Positions 43,544 to 55,080 of a stretch of 64,000 nt of DNA are shown one piece after another. The stretch is from contig CAYLLE010000004.1 in NCBI GenBank assembly GCA_964384485.1, positions 7,379 through 71,378 of the forward strand, read 5' to 3'. The position numbers and the translations under genes are program-made. The notes under the pieces are model-generated. The model saw nothing but the letters and a program-made list of their open reading frames with translations. It ran no database searches and had not been told where the DNA came from. The first letter of the stretch is position 1. Each line of letters opens with the position of its first letter. The stretch comes from an uncultured Spirochaetales bacterium. Lineage in GTDB: Bacteria > Spirochaetota > Spirochaetia > CAYLLE01.

Positions 43544-44439
43544 TGATGCACGGTACTGTACTTTGGAGTATGAATAACATCTTTTCGGTAAGAACCGGGG
43601 CGGAGAGTCTGGAATGCAGATTAAAAGGCAAAAGACTAGAAGGAGAAGATGTTTATAACCCTCTGGCGCCGGGAGATCTGGTAGAGCTGACCCGGGACGG
43701 CAGCAGCGGTGGACTTATCCACCGCAGGCTTCCGAGAAAAAACAGTTTTCAAAGGTGGAATCGCAAAAAGCAGTCTCTCCAGACAATGGCGGCCAATGTC
43801 GATATTCTCCTGATTATCTCTTCACTTAAGAGTCCGCCCTTTAGACCCCGTTTCTTAGACCGAATTCTGATATCCGCCCGGTGGAACCAGATAGAACCAG
43901 TGATCGTGGTAAATAAAGCGGATTTCCCCATGGAACTTCATGACAGGGACAGAATCGAAGATTATGATAATAAACATAGCGTTATAATATGTTCCGCGAA
44001 GACCGGCCGGGGAATAGAAGACGTGAAAAATGTCCTCAACCATAAGAGGGCCGTCCTTATAGGACAGTCCGGGGCGGGAAAATCATCCATAATCAACAGG
44101 CTGAATCCTGAGCTTAATCTCCGGACCGGCGGGATATCGGAGAAGTACAACAGGGGGAAACATACAACGAATTATGCAGTTCTTCTTGAGTGGCAGAAGG
44201 GTTCTGAAATAATCGACACACCGGGAATTAGAGAAATTGATCTGAACGGAATCCCCGACGAAAACATCCGGGACGGTTTCGCCGAATTCGCCGCCCATTC
44301 GGAGAAATGCGGCTTTTCCACTTGTTCCCACATTCATGAACCAGACTGCGCCGTTCGCGGTCTGGTTGAAGATGGACTAATTCACCCGGACCGGTACCAA
44401 AGTTATATCAACATCATTGCAGAAAGATCGGGGCGTTGA
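43543..44439 (+). CDS. rsgA: ribosome small-subunit-dependent GTPase A
   Basis: The circularly permuted GTPase shows VVNKADF, GQSGAGKSSIINRL, DTPG and the zinc knuckle CGFSTCSHIHEPDCAV. Confidence 0.88.
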   Translation: MMHGTVLWSMNNIFSVRTGAESLECRLKGKRLEGEDVYNPLAPGDLVELTRDGSSGGLIHRRLPRKNSFQRWNRKKQSLQTMAANVDILLIISSLKSPPFRPRFLDRILISARWNQIEPVIVVNKADFPMELHDRDRIEDYDNKHSVIICSAKTGRGIEDVKNVLNHKRAVLIGQSGAGKSSIINRLNPELNLRTGGISEKYNRGKHTTNYAVLLEWQKGSEIIDTPGIREIDLNGIPDENIRDGFAEFAAHSEKCGFSTCSHIHEPDCAVRGLVEDGLIHPDRYQSYINIIAERSGR

Positions 44440-44470
44440 ATAAAATCCCCTCATTAGGATAAACTTCCCT

Positions 44471-45088
44471 ATGCGCAAAATCAGATTTATCATTATTCCC
44501 TTAGTAATTTTCTTTCTGTCCGGCTGTCTCAACCTTGATACTGAGATTACCATTGAGCCGGACGGGTCCGGAACCTTGCGGCTGGAATACCGGATTTCCA
44601 GAATGATCGCCGACCTTAGAAAGACCGGAAACGAGACGGGACCGATACCGCTGCCGGTGGAAGAAGAGGATTTCCGGAATGCGGTTCAAACTGTATCCGG
44701 TATATCCCTGGACGGATATTCCAGAGCGGAAGATGAAGACCAAATTACAATTTCCGCATCTCTGAATTTTGACAGCATAGAAGCTTTGAATACATTTTAC
44801 AGTATGTCCGGGAATCAGACCGTGACCCTTCTGGGCGAAGGAGATTCGGTTGTATTCACCCTGGCGGTATATAATGGTGCCGACGAACCGTTGGATGAAG
44901 AAACTGCTGCTTTAATTGATTCTTTCTTCTCCGATTATTATATTTCCTTCAAAATTAACACCCCGTCTCCGGTTATATCGGTAACCCCGGGGAGTATCGG
45001 CGAGTCTGAGAATCAGGCGGTTTTTTCCGAGTCTGTAGCGGCCCTTATAAAAAAGGGAGAAGCCGTGGATTGGACTGTTTCATGGTAG
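44471..45088 (+). CDS. hypothetical lipoprotein
   Basis: A lipobox (FFLSGC) follows a hydrophobic N-terminus. No other motif is recognised. Confidence 0.5.
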   Translation: MRKIRFIIIPLVIFFLSGCLNLDTEITIEPDGSGTLRLEYRISRMIADLRKTGNETGPIPLPVEEEDFRNAVQTVSGISLDGYSRAEDEDQITISASLNFDSIEALNTFYSMSGNQTVTLLGEGDSVVFTLAVYNGADEPLDEETAALIDSFFSDYYISFKINTPSPVISVTPGSIGESENQAVFSESVAALIKKGEAVDWTVSW

Positions 45089-45174
45089 AGCTGTAAAATG
45101 TCTAACCAGATATTAAGAATATAAATAACTATACCAGATTATAAATCGTGAATGGTATTGACCAGGATTAGCTG

Positions 45175-45561
45175 ATGTCTGACAGAAGAATTAAAAAGTT
45201 TGATGAATCACTCAAAAAAATGTTTGATGAAATAGATGACTACCTCGAAGACTCCTACGGTAATCTCTACCCGCTCCATCCGGCCAGACCCGATCGGGGA
45301 AAAACTTCGAACAAGGAACATGACGGACTTTTCAATATCGGGGCAAGTTTTTCCGCCGGGTTCGGTTCCCGGCTGGGAAGAGGCTATATTGTGGATGTGC
45401 ATATGGTTACCCTGCATCAAGTGCCGGATGACATACGCAGACAGATTGAAGATGATGTAGTCAGGCAGATATCCAGAAAGCTTCCCGCTTTTTTCCCCGA
45501 CAGGGACCTGGATGTTGAAAAAGACGGTACCGTGTTTAAGATTTATGAAAAGGGAAAATAA
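45175..45561 (+). CDS. hypothetical protein
   Basis: The 128-aa ORF has no overlapping better-supported gene and a balanced composition. No motif is recognised. Confidence 0.35.
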   Translation: MSDRRIKKFDESLKKMFDEIDDYLEDSYGNLYPLHPARPDRGKTSNKEHDGLFNIGASFSAGFGSRLGRGYIVDVHMVTLHQVPDDIRRQIEDDVVRQISRKLPAFFPDRDLDVEKDGTVFKIYEKGK

Positions 45562-45722
45562 AAACAGCCGATCCTCTTGCATCCGCCGATAATTCAAACT
45601 ACCATATTTATAGGAGGAGCTTGAGACAAGTACTCCGCGGGAAGAACAATAGTTGCAATAAATGGACCATTTGTTTACACTTGGTCTAAATTTTTCGTAC
45701 CCCTTGAAGGTGAGGATAACAT

Positions 45723-46343
45723 ATGGATGTACAGTTAAAAGAACTTATAGAAACAATAAAAAAAGAAGGTGTAGAAAACGCGGAAGAGCAGTCCGCTCAA
45801 ATAATAAAGAGTGCTGAAGAAAAGACTCGGAAAATAATTCAGGAAGCAGAAGATAAAGCCGCGGCCATAATCAAGTCGGCCCGTAAAGAAGCCGCGAAAA
45901 CAGAAATGACAGGAAAAGCCTCCCTCAAACAGGCAGGACGGGATTTGATTCTGGATGTTCAGGACCGTCTCAAGTCTATATTTTCCGGTATTGTTGAACA
46001 TGAAACAGCCGGTCACTTTGACGGAGAGACCCTGAAGAGTACAATCGAAGCGGTTGTTAAGGGATGGGCAAAGGATGAAAAATCCGATTTAACCGTTCTT
46101 CTACCGCAAGAATCACTTAAATCACTGGAAGAAAGTTTCTTTTCAAAACTCTCTGCCGAATTGCGGAGCGGAGTGGAAGTTAAGCCCTTTCCCAATATCA
46201 AAGCCGGATTCCGGGTTTCCGAAAAAGACGGCAGCGCTTACTACGATTTTTCCGCTGAAAGTGTAGCGGAGGTTCTGGCAAAATATCTAAACGACCGTCT
46301 CGGAACCGTATTAACCGATTCGGAAAACCGGCAAGAATCATAG
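45723..46343 (+). CDS. atpE: V-type ATP synthase subunit E
   Basis: A long Ala/Lys/Glu-rich N-terminal helix (AEEQSAQIIKSAEEKTRKIIQEAEDKAAAIIKSARKEA) precedes a globular C-terminus. It is the first gene of the V-ATPase operon. Confidence 0.75.
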   Translation: MDVQLKELIETIKKEGVENAEEQSAQIIKSAEEKTRKIIQEAEDKAAAIIKSARKEAAKTEMTGKASLKQAGRDLILDVQDRLKSIFSGIVEHETAGHFDGETLKSTIEAVVKGWAKDEKSDLTVLLPQESLKSLEESFFSKLSAELRSGVEVKPFPNIKAGFRVSEKDGSAYYDFSAESVAEVLAKYLNDRLGTVLTDSENRQES

Positions 46344-46354
46344 GAGGCTGCCCC

Positions 46355-46939
46355 TTGAGCCGTTATTATTACGCAGTCTCCACACTTTCCATGCTGAGTA
46401 TTGATTCACCGCCTCAGGATATTGAATCATTTCTCGAATTTTTGAAGGGAAGATGTTCCGGTTCCGATTACGATCTGCTGCTCAGCGCGTCCCTTGTTCC
46501 TCATCCGGAAAAAAGATCAAAAAATTCCGTACTGAGAGAATGGCAGGATTGGGAAGCTGCCCTGCGGAACAGTTTAACCCTTGCCCGGGCTCCCGTGCTG
46601 GACGCTGATCCGGCCGAACACCTTAGGGGCATGGAACCACCGGGGGGATCCCGTACTGAGCTGTACGAGGTAGAACCTGCTGTTCAGGAATCCATGTCCG
46701 GGAATAATCCGAAAGCGGTGGAAGAAAGTTTAGACCGGAAGAGATGGGGTAAACTGGATGAACTGGAAAACGGCCATTTTTTTGATATCGAAAAGTTAAT
46801 CATATACTACCTAAAACTGCAGCTTTTAGAGAGGAAAAATAAATTTACGCGTGACCGGGGTAAAGAAAATTTTAACGAAATTTATCAAGCGATTACTGAA
46901 AGCATCGAAGATTTTCCTAACCGGAATGTTATTGAATAA
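46355..46939 (+). CDS. V-ATPase operon protein, DUF2764-like (possible subunit C/d substitute)
   Basis: It sits between E and A, as in spirochete and chlamydial V-ATPase operons. It uses a TTG start. No enzymatic motif is recognised. Confidence 0.5.
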   Translation: MSRYYYAVSTLSMLSIDSPPQDIESFLEFLKGRCSGSDYDLLLSASLVPHPEKRSKNSVLREWQDWEAALRNSLTLARAPVLDADPAEHLRGMEPPGGSRTELYEVEPAVQESMSGNNPKAVEESLDRKRWGKLDELENGHFFDIEKLIIYYLKLQLLERKNKFTRDRGKENFNEIYQAITESIEDFPNRNVIE

Positions 46940-46950
46940 GAGGTAAAACG

Positions 46951-48753
46951 ATGAACGGTACTGATAAGGCTAAGGGTACGGTCCTTGGTGTAAATGGAAA
47001 TATGGTCACCGCGGTAGTTGACGGTCATGTCTCCCTCAACGAGGTGGGATATGTCATTATCGGTGAAGGAGACCAGCAGAAAAGACTTAAGTCGGAAGTA
47101 ATCCGTATCCGTAATAACCGTGTGGATATGCAGGTTTTCGAGATGACCCGGGGTATCGGAGTAGGGAACCCGGTGGATTTTTCCGAGGAGCTCCTGGCGG
47201 TTGAACTGGGACCGGGTCTGTTAGGGCAGGTATATGACGGTCTGCAGAACCCTCTGCCCGAACTCGCGGCGGAGTGCGGCTTTTTTCTGGAACGGGGAAT
47301 TTACCTGAATGCCCTTTCCCGGGAAAAAAGGTGGAAGTTCACACCGCAAGCCAAAACCGGTGACGCGGTCACAGCTGGAGACACTCTCGGAACCGTACCG
47401 GAAGGAATTTTTAATCATCAGATTATGGTGCCGTTCAGTAACACCGTAACATACACAGTTAAATCAATCGCGTCGGAAAACGAATACACCGTTACCGATA
47501 CCATAGCGGTTCTTAAAGATGAAGATGGAAACGAAACCGAAGTGACCATGAAGTTTGAATGGCCGGTAAAAAGGGCCATAACCGCTTATGAAGAAAGACT
47601 TCGCCCCGTGGATCCCATGGTAACCAAGATACGTATTATCGACACATTTCTTCCGGTGGCCCTGGGCGGTACCTACTGTATTCCCGGACCCTTCGGAGCA
47701 GGGAAAACCGTTCTGCAGCAGGTCACCAGCCGGAATGCGGAGGTTGATGTTGTGATAATCGCTGCCTGCGGAGAGCGGGCGGGAGAGGTTGTGGAAACTC
47801 TGAAGGAATTTCCTGAACTGCTCGATCCCCGGACCGGCCGGACCCTTATGGAACGGACGGTTATCATCTGCAACACCAGTTCCATGCCGGTAGCTGCCCG
47901 GGAAGCATCGGTGTACACCGCGGTTACAATCGCGGAATACTACCGGCAGATGGGTCTCAATACCCTGCTCCTTGCCGATTCAACCTCCCGGTGGGCACAG
48001 GCTATGCGTGAAATGTCGGGACGCCTGGAAGAGATTCCCGGCGAGGAAGCATTTCCAGCTTATCTGGAATCGGTTATCGCGAGTTTTTACGAACGGGCGG
48101 GACTTGTCCGGCTCAGAAACGGATCGAAAGGATCCGTAACCATCGGCGGTACGGTAAGTCCCGCGGGTGGTAACTTTGAAGAACCGGTTACCCAGGCAAC
48201 CCTGAAGGTTGTCGGCGCTTTTCACGGACTTTCCCGTGACCGGTCAGATGCAAGAAAGTATCCGGCTATCCATCCCTTGGAAAGCTGGAGTAAATATCCC
48301 GGTTCAGTCAGAACATCGAAAACAGAATACGGAAGAGACATTCTGTTTAAAGGGAATGAAGTAGACCAGATGATGAAAGTTGTGGGAGAAGAAGGAACAA
48401 GTCTGGAAGATTTCATCATCTTTTTAAAGGGTGATTTTTTGGATGCCGTCTATCTCCAGCAGAACTCATTTGACCCCATTGACGCGGCGGTAAGTACGGA
48501 ACGGCAGCAGCGGGTATACGATATCCTGTTCCGTATCTTAAGCGCGGAACTTGATCTCCAGACAAAACAGGAAGCCCGGGGATTCTTTAATCAGCTGAGA
48601 CAGAAATTTCTCGATTACAACGGATCGGAATGGGGCTCGGAATCATACAAAGAGAACGAAAAAGGTATCTTGGAACTCCTTGAATCGAAAAAAACCGGAA
48701 TTGACCGCCGGGCAAAAGAAATACTTGGGACGGAAGACGGAGTGGAAGAATGA
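46951..48753 (+). CDS. atpA: V-type ATP synthase catalytic subunit A
   Basis: Walker [13 protein letters not shown], the non-homologous insert typical of A subunits, [15 protein letters not shown] and [12 protein letters not shown] are present. Confidence 0.93.
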   Translation: MNGTDKAKGTVLGVNGNMVTAVVDGHVSLNEVGYVIIGEGDQQKRLKSEVIRIRNNRVDMQVFEMTRGIGVGNPVDFSEELLAVELGPGLLGQVYDGLQNPLPELAAECGFFLERGIYLNALSREKRWKFTPQAKTGDAVTAGDTLGTVPEGIFNHQIMVPFSNTVTYTVKSIASENEYTVTDTIAVLKDEDGNETEVTMKFEWPVKRAITAYEERLRPVDPMVTKIRIIDTFLPVALGGTYCIPGPFGAGKTVLQQVTSRNAEVDVVIIAACGERAGEVVETLKEFPELLDPRTGRTLMERTVIICNTSSMPVAAREASVYTAVTIAEYYRQMGLNTLLLADSTSRWAQAMREMSGRLEEIPGEEAFPAYLESVIASFYERAGLVRLRNGSKGSVTIGGTVSPAGGNFEEPVTQATLKVVGAFHGLSRDRSDARKYPAIHPLESWSKYPGSVRTSKTEYGRDILFKGNEVDQMMKVVGEEGTSLEDFIIFLKGDFLDAVYLQQNSFDPIDAAVSTERQQRVYDILFRILSAELDLQTKQEARGFFNQLRQKFLDYNGSEWGSESYKENEKGILELLESKKTGIDRRAKEILGTEDGVEE

Positions 48754-50060
48754 GAAAAGTTTACAGTAAGATAGAATCCATAGCCGGAAACGTAATAACG
48801 GTTTCGGCTGATGATGTAAAATATGGAGATCTGGCCATGCTGAGGTCTCGCTACGGCACATCCCTGGCTGAGGTGATCCGGCTATTCGAGAACCGGGTGT
48901 CCCTTCAGGTTTTTACCGGCGGACGCGGGGTATCGACCGGAGACGAGGTGGAATTTCTCGGCCACCCAATGCAGGTTTCGTTTTCCGACAATCTGCTTGG
49001 ACGCATCTTTGACGGTTCCGGCAGACCCCGGGACAACGGACCCGAACTTACTGATGATCTCATAAATATCGGCGGACCCTCGGTTAATCCGGCAAAGCGG
49101 ATTATCCCCCGGAACATGATCCGAACCGGTATTCCAATGATCGACATTTTCAATTCGCTTGTGGAATCCCAAAAACTGCCGATTTTTTCGGTCTCGGGTG
49201 AACCGTACAACCCCCTTCTATCTAGGATTGCTCTGCAGGCCGAAGTTGACATGATTATTCTAGGCGGTATCGGATTAAAATACGACGACTATCTCTTTTT
49301 CCGGGATACCCTGGAAGAGGGCGGAGCGCTCAGCAGAACCATCTTTTTCGTGCATACCGCCTCCGATCCTATCGTGGAAAGTCTCCTGGTACCGGATATA
49401 TCTCTCGCGGTGGCTGAACGTTTTGCCCTGAATGGAAAGAAAGTACTGGTCCTCCTTACCGATATGACCAACTTCTCCGATGCCCTAAAAGAAATCGCCA
49501 TTACAATGGAACAGGTCCCCTCAAACCGGGGTTATCCCGGCGACCTCTACAGTCAGCTGGCCTCCCGGTACGAGAAGGCTGTGGACTTTGAAGGCGCGGG
49601 ATCGATAACGATTCTCGCGGTCACAACCATGCCGGGGGATGATGTAACCCACCCGGTTCCTGATAACACCGGATATATAACCGAAGGGCAATACTACCTT
49701 AGAAACGGCCGCATTGAACCCTTCGGCTCACTTTCCAGACTAAAGCAGATGGTAAACAAAGATACCAGACCGGACCACCGGCCTATTATGGACGGGATGA
49801 TCCGGCTTTATGCCGCGTACCGTGAATCTCTTGAAAAGAAGGCTATGGGGTTCCGGATGTCCGATTGGGACAACAAGCTGCTTAAATACGGAGAGATATT
49901 CGAAAACGATATGATGGATTTATCGGTGAATATTCCCCTTGAAGAAGCTCTTGACCGGGGCTGGCGGATACTCGCCGAATGCTTTACCCCTGAAGAAACC
50001 GGTCTTCGGACAGAACTGATCCGTCAATTCTGGCCGAAACGGGAGGAAGTGGAACAGTAA
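48750..50060 (+). CDS. atpB: V-type ATP synthase subunit B
   Basis: [38 protein letters not shown] and [13 protein letters not shown] are present. The start overlaps the atpA stop. Confidence 0.92.
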   Translation: MRKVYSKIESIAGNVITVSADDVKYGDLAMLRSRYGTSLAEVIRLFENRVSLQVFTGGRGVSTGDEVEFLGHPMQVSFSDNLLGRIFDGSGRPRDNGPELTDDLINIGGPSVNPAKRIIPRNMIRTGIPMIDIFNSLVESQKLPIFSVSGEPYNPLLSRIALQAEVDMIILGGIGLKYDDYLFFRDTLEEGGALSRTIFFVHTASDPIVESLLVPDISLAVAERFALNGKKVLVLLTDMTNFSDALKEIAITMEQVPSNRGYPGDLYSQLASRYEKAVDFEGAGSITILAVTTMPGDDVTHPVPDNTGYITEGQYYLRNGRIEPFGSLSRLKQMVNKDTRPDHRPIMDGMIRLYAAYRESLEKKAMGFRMSDWDNKLLKYGEIFENDMMDLSVNIPLEEALDRGWRILAECFTPEETGLRTELIRQFWPKREEVEQ

Positions 50061-50063
50061 CCA

Positions 50064-50666
50064 ATGGCTAAGGTAAAACTCACCAAGAATGAACTGAAAA
50101 AACAGAAAGATTCTCTAAAACGGTTCGAGCGGTACCTGCCCACACTGATGCTGAAAAAACAGCAGCTCCAGATGATGATCCGTCAGGTGGAAGCGGCAGT
50201 AGTAAAAAAGCAGGCGGAGCGGGATAAAACGTACAGCGAGATTTCTCAATGGATAGAAGTATTTGGTGAGGAATCGGATCTGGACGCGATGATCCGGGTA
50301 AAATCGGTGGAAATCGATACCGGGAATATCGCCGGGATTGATATTCCCGTATTCAAGCATATAGAATTTGAAGATGTCACATACGATCTGTACTACACGC
50401 CGCCGTGGATAGACAAAGCTGTCCTGGAGCTTCAGAAGCTTATTACCCAGGATATTGAAATACATATTTTAAGGAAACAGCAGGATCTTTTGAATGAAGA
50501 ACTCCGTATAACAAGCCAGCGGGTCAACTTGTTCGAAAAGGTAAAGATACCGGAGACAAAAGATAACATTAAAAAAATTCAAATCTACCTCGGTGACCAG
50601 CAGACAGCAGCCGTTGTCCGGGGGAAGATCGCGAAGAACAGTTTAGTTGAGGTGGGCGGTCAATGA
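50064..50666 (+). CDS. atpD: V-type ATP synthase subunit D
   Basis: KLTKNELKKQKDSLKRFERYLPTLMLKKQQL and the C-terminal coiled coil are typical of subunit D. Confidence 0.85.
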   Translation: MAKVKLTKNELKKQKDSLKRFERYLPTLMLKKQQLQMMIRQVEAAVVKKQAERDKTYSEISQWIEVFGEESDLDAMIRVKSVEIDTGNIAGIDIPVFKHIEFEDVTYDLYYTPPWIDKAVLELQKLITQDIEIHILRKQQDLLNEELRITSQRVNLFEKVKIPETKDNIKKIQIYLGDQQTAAVVRGKIAKNSLVEVGGQ

Positions 50667-52549
50667 TTGAACGGATGAAAAAAATATCCCTTCTCACGCT
50701 GGAAAGCCGGCGGGAAGATACATTACATAAATTAAAGAAAGCGGGGGTTCTTCATATCAGTACGAAAAGGTATGAACATCCTTCAATTGAAAATCTTGAA
50801 GAGAAAAGAGCCGTTCTCCAAAAAGCGCATAACAAACTTTCAGAATACGAGTCCGATTCCGAACCAGCCGGTCCCCCGGCTAAAAACCGGGAACAAATTG
50901 TTGAGCACGCCATTGACGCGGCTCATGAAATCCTCGATATATCCGATAAAACCCGGGAGATCCAGGAAGAGACCGAGCGTCTTCAGCGGGAACAGAGCAG
51001 AATAGAACCCTGGGGTAATTTTGATCCCGCGGAAATTGACGCGCTGCATCGAAAGGGTATTTCGATCAGGCTTTACACAACATCTCCAGCCGCATTTCAG
51101 AATATCCCTCATACGGCAAAGATCATCCCCATCAGCTCGACAAAAAACCTGGTGCGGTTTGCTGCCGTGTCTTTGAACGACAGTGCCATTCCCGATCTCC
51201 AGGAGGAGCAGCTCGGGGAAAAGAGTCTTGCCCGGATACGGGCGGAAATTGAAGAGAAGAAATCCGCTGTAATCAAACTGAATAATGAATTGCAGGGAAA
51301 GAAGAAAAGAGAATCCCTTTTAGAACGGGGAATCGAGATTCTGGATGATCTTATTGAATATAACCAGATCCGGGAAGGCATGCGTCAGGATGGAATACTT
51401 GTATACCTGATCGGTTTCGCGCCTGAATCCCGGGTGGATAAAATCAGGAATGAAGCTGCGGCAAACGGCTGGGCTGTCCTCATTGAAAATCCCGGTCCTG
51501 AAGATCCTGTTCCCACAAAGATCAGAAACAAACCTTTTGTCCGGATTATCCAGCCGGTGTTTGATCTTCTCGGGACTGTTCCGGGATACCGGGAATATGA
51601 CATCAGTTTCTTTTTTCTCCTTTTTTTTACGGTGTTCTTCGCGATGATCATCGGAGACGGGGGTTACGGGGCTGTACTTCTATCCGGAGGCATTTTCTTC
51701 TCTAATAAGTCAAAGAAAAAAACGGGAAAAATATCCGACGGTCTGATCCTTCTCAATCTTCTCAGTTTTGCCACTATCGTCTGGGGAGCCATTACCGGAA
51801 CCTGGTTCGGATACGCCCCAATAGCTCAAACCGAGCCGTTTTCCTGGTTTGTGATCCCGGAAATGTACAGTTTTAATCCAAGGAGCGCCGAATTTATCCA
51901 GTTCATCTGTTTTGTTATCGGTACCGTCCATCTGACAATATCCCATCTCTGGAACTTTTTTGATCAGATTAAAAAGCATCCAAGGATAAAGGCTTTTGCT
52001 CAGCTTGGATGGCTGGCCATGCTCCTGGGTCTGTATTACTTGGTCCTGAATCTGGTCCTCAGTCCCGAAAAATACCCATTACCCGACTTTTCACCGTGGC
52101 TTATCGGAGGAGGGCTGGTTTTCATCATTGTATTTTCCGAACAGGAGGGAAACTTCTTTAAGGGAATACTCCGGGGGGCCGCCGGGATCATTACTACCCT
52201 TCTGGACGGAATCGGCACTTTTTCGGATATCATATCCTATATACGGCTTTTCGCAGTAGGACTCGCCTCGGTAGAAATCGCGAAAAGTTTTAATACCATG
52301 GCTTCCGGATTCGGAAACGGAGCGGGAGCTGTCGCGGCCTCGGTGGCTGTGCTGCTCCTCGGTCATTCCCTGAACCTGGCAATGGGTGCATTATCGGTAA
52401 TTGTCCATGGTGTAAGATTGAATATGCTTGAGTTTTCAGGACACCTGGGAATGGAATGGACAGGAGTTCCATATGATCCGTTCCGCGAAAAAGAAACAGA
52501 AGAAGAACAAAATAGTTCGTTAAACCGCGAAGTGGTTGAAACGGTATAA
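50663..52549 (+). CDS. atpI: V-type ATP synthase subunit I (a-type stator)
   Basis: A cytoplasmic N-terminal half is followed by a polytopic C-terminal half with the conserved SYIRLFAVGLA (essential Arg). Confidence 0.88.
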   Translation: MIERMKKISLLTLESRREDTLHKLKKAGVLHISTKRYEHPSIENLEEKRAVLQKAHNKLSEYESDSEPAGPPAKNREQIVEHAIDAAHEILDISDKTREIQEETERLQREQSRIEPWGNFDPAEIDALHRKGISIRLYTTSPAAFQNIPHTAKIIPISSTKNLVRFAAVSLNDSAIPDLQEEQLGEKSLARIRAEIEEKKSAVIKLNNELQGKKKRESLLERGIEILDDLIEYNQIREGMRQDGILVYLIGFAPESRVDKIRNEAAANGWAVLIENPGPEDPVPTKIRNKPFVRIIQPVFDLLGTVPGYREYDISFFFLLFFTVFFAMIIGDGGYGAVLLSGGIFFSNKSKKKTGKISDGLILLNLLSFATIVWGAITGTWFGYAPIAQTEPFSWFVIPEMYSFNPRSAEFIQFICFVIGTVHLTISHLWNFFDQIKKHPRIKAFAQLGWLAMLLGLYYLVLNLVLSPEKYPLPDFSPWLIGGGLVFIIVFSEQEGNFFKGILRGAAGIITTLLDGIGTFSDIISYIRLFAVGLASVEIAKSFNTMASGFGNGAGAVAASVAVLLLGHSLNLAMGALSVIVHGVRLNMLEFSGHLGMEWTGVPYDPFREKETEEEQNSSLNREVVETV

Positions 52550-52577
52550 ATATACAAAACAGTAAGGAGCAAAAAAC

Positions 52578-53006
52578 ATGAATATTGGTATGATAGGTGT
52601 TGGAGCCGCTTTAGCATTCGCGGCTATAGGATCCGCCCTAGGGGCAGGGTCAGCAGGTATGGCTGCTGTAGGAGCATGGAAAAAGTGTTTTGTTCAGAAC
52701 CGTCCCGCCCCGTTTATGCTGATCGCGTTTGTCGGCGCTCCGCTGACACAGACGATCTACGGTTTTATTCTCATGCAGGCCTTAAGCGGAGCGGCGGAGA
52801 CAGCCGATCCGGGGCTTATTTTCGGTGCCGGTATCCTCGGCGGGATTGCCATGGGATTTTCTGCATGGTTCCAGGGAAAGGCAGGCGCTGTGGCGTCAGA
52901 CGCGTTAGCTGAAACAGGAGAAGGTTTCGGTAACTTCATCATGGTTCTGGGTTTGGTAGAAACTGTAGCATTGTTTGTTATGGTATTCCTCCTTGGAGTT
53001 GTGTAG
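52578..53006 (+). CDS. atpK: V-type ATP synthase subunit K (proteolipid c)
   Basis: The protein is 142 aa with four hydrophobic, Gly/Ala-rich helices and a conserved carboxylate in the last helix (LVETVALF). Confidence 0.85.
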   Translation: MNIGMIGVGAALAFAAIGSALGAGSAGMAAVGAWKKCFVQNRPAPFMLIAFVGAPLTQTIYGFILMQALSGAAETADPGLIFGAGILGGIAMGFSAWFQGKAGAVASDALAETGEGFGNFIMVLGLVETVALFVMVFLLGVV

Positions 53007-53016
53007 AAGCGCATTA

Positions 53017-54069
53017 ATGATACGGCGCAGATTATCACGGAAAGTCAATGTCGGGGGAATTCCTGTAGGCGGGGATTCCCCTGTCTCTGTTCAGACCATG
53101 TGGAAAATGCCGCTGACCGATGAAAAGGCGGCGGTTCTCCGCAAGATTAATCATCTAAAGTTAATCGGATGTGAAATTCTCCGGTTTGCTGTGCCGGATA
53201 TGGAAAGTGCTGAAATTCTTGGTCAGTTATCCGCAGAATCACCGATCCCCCTGGTCGCGGATATTCATTTTGACCATCGTCTTGCCCTGCGCTGCCTGGA
53301 TTATCCAATAGGCAAAATCAGAATCAATCCGGGTAATATCGGATCACCCCGGAAGGTACGGGAAGTATTTCTCAAAGCCGCCGAAAAGGGGATACCGGTA
53401 CGCATAGGTGTCAATGCTGGTTCTCTTCCGAAGGACCTGCATGAGCTCCCTGACAGAGCGGAAGCTATGGTTAAAGCGGCGGAACGCGAATTGGAACGGA
53501 TAGCCGAAATCGATTTCACCGGTATAATAATCTCATTAAAATCCTCCGATATTAATACCACGGTACGGGCAAACGAGCTGTTTGTCGCCCGGTTCGATTT
53601 TCCGCTTCATTTAGGGGTAACAGAGGCGGGTCCGGTGATTCCCGGTATTGTAAAACACAGCATAGCTTTCGCGGAGCTTTTCGCGAAGGGAATCGGCGAC
53701 ACCATCCGGGTCTCCCTGTCCGGCTCAATGGAGGAAGAGATACAGGCCGGAAAAGAGATCCTAAGGAGTACTGGTATTCGCACCGGCGGTGTTACCGTGA
53801 TATCATGTCCCAGGTGCGGCCGGAAGGGATTTGATGTTACAGGATTTCTTGAGAGCCTGGGTGATCTATTCCAGCGGACCGAAAAACCGCTTACCGTTGC
53901 GGTGATGGGATGTGAGGTGAACGGGCCGGGAGAAGCAAGAGAAGCCGATATCGGCATCACCGGAAGCGGTAACTCCGTAGTCATTTTCCGGAAGGGCATG
54001 GTGATAAAAAGAACGGATACCCGGAAAGCCCGGGAAGATTTTATAAAGGCCTTTGAAGAGTTGTTATGA
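53017..54069 (+). CDS. ispG: 4-hydroxy-3-methylbut-2-en-1-yl diphosphate synthase
   Basis: GGDSPVSVQTM, LVADIHFD, IRINPGNIG, LGVTEAG and the Fe-S cysteines SCPRCGR..GCEVNGPGE are present. The start is ATG 53017; the track ORF starts at 52975 inside atpK. Confidence 0.9.
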   Translation: MIRRRLSRKVNVGGIPVGGDSPVSVQTMWKMPLTDEKAAVLRKINHLKLIGCEILRFAVPDMESAEILGQLSAESPIPLVADIHFDHRLALRCLDYPIGKIRINPGNIGSPRKVREVFLKAAEKGIPVRIGVNAGSLPKDLHELPDRAEAMVKAAERELERIAEIDFTGIIISLKSSDINTTVRANELFVARFDFPLHLGVTEAGPVIPGIVKHSIAFAELFAKGIGDTIRVSLSGSMEEEIQAGKEILRSTGIRTGGVTVISCPRCGRKGFDVTGFLESLGDLFQRTEKPLTVAVMGCEVNGPGEAREADIGITGSGNSVVIFRKGMVIKRTDTRKAREDFIKAFEELL

Positions 54070-54983
54070 ACAAGATTTTCGGTATAATTCTGATATTTTC
54101 CGCCGTCCTGCTGCCCCTGCCGGTACTAGAATCACAGGAAACAGCAGAAAATGATCATCCGGCATGGCTCTACTATGAGAAAGGGAACGCCGCGTTTGAA
54201 GAAAAGGACTTAGGCAGAGCCCTTAAACTCTACCGGCAAGCCATGAGCGCCGACCGGTACTATCCCGAAGCGGAAGCAGGCATGGCCCGTGTGTTTCAGG
54301 CCACCGGTGAATATGAGCTGGCCATCATGTATTACAACCGGGCGCTGAACCAGGAGCGCTCACTGTATGTGCTTGAGGAAAAATATGACATCCTCTACCG
54401 GCTGTCGGAAATATATCGGCTTTTAGAACGGTGGAAAGATTACGAGGAAACCCTGCTTCGTATCACCGATGACCAGGCTTTGTTTTCTTCTCCGGAGAAT
54501 GAATACCGGAATCTGCGGGAAGCGATGTTCCGGATACTTGATGAAGAAGGACTCAACCAGCTTCTGATTCTGTACCGGATCGAAGGAATGCACACCTTCC
54601 GCGCCCACACGGAGTTAGGGGATTTTTATCTCCACACCGGCAGGAATAAGCGGGCAAAGGATCATTTGACATTCGCCGTGGTAATGCTGATAAGCCGTTC
54701 TATCGAGGCTGTAAAGCGGTTCGAAATTGAGTATCCCTATACAACAATGCAGGACTTTATTGATACCGCGTTTTTTCACGATCATATACAGGAATTCTGC
54801 GTGAACAACGGTTTGTTCAAAAACCTATACTATCTTGGGACCGCCATGTACGGATTAGGCGATCAGCAGATCAGCAGGCAGATTTGGGAAATAGTGGCAG
54901 CGTATCCGGAATCCCGATGGAATGAACGGGCCCGGGAACAGCTGGAAAATCCTTCTCAGGCTCCCGTTACAATCAGCTACTGA
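54066..54983 (+). CDS. TPR-repeat protein with signal peptide
   Basis: There is an N-terminal signal sequence. TPR-like repeats include AAFEEKDLGRALKLYRQAM and ATGEYELAIMYYNRALN. Confidence 0.6.
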   Translation: MNKIFGIILIFSAVLLPLPVLESQETAENDHPAWLYYEKGNAAFEEKDLGRALKLYRQAMSADRYYPEAEAGMARVFQATGEYELAIMYYNRALNQERSLYVLEEKYDILYRLSEIYRLLERWKDYEETLLRITDDQALFSSPENEYRNLREAMFRILDEEGLNQLLILYRIEGMHTFRAHTELGDFYLHTGRNKRAKDHLTFAVVMLISRSIEAVKRFEIEYPYTTMQDFIDTAFFHDHIQEFCVNNGLFKNLYYLGTAMYGLGDQQISRQIWEIVAAYPESRWNERAREQLENPSQAPVTISY

Positions 54984-55080
54984 AATAGAATATTACTTCC
55001 CCCCCCTTGCAAATTCGCCCCAAAAGAGAGTACTTTTTGAGCTAAAGTACCACACGACATAAGGACTAGACAAAAATTCT

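Noticed and set aside
45723-53006. The V-type ATPase operon lacks recognisable C and F subunits.
   Set aside because: The order E, DUF2764-like, A, B, D, I, K is the normal arrangement in spirochete and chlamydial V-ATPase operons. This is a taxonomic marker, not an anomaly.
52975-53016. The track start makes ispG overlap atpK by 32 nt.
   Set aside because: The conserved IspG sequence begins after ATG 53017, 11 nt downstream of the atpK stop. The longer ORF is just an open upstream frame.
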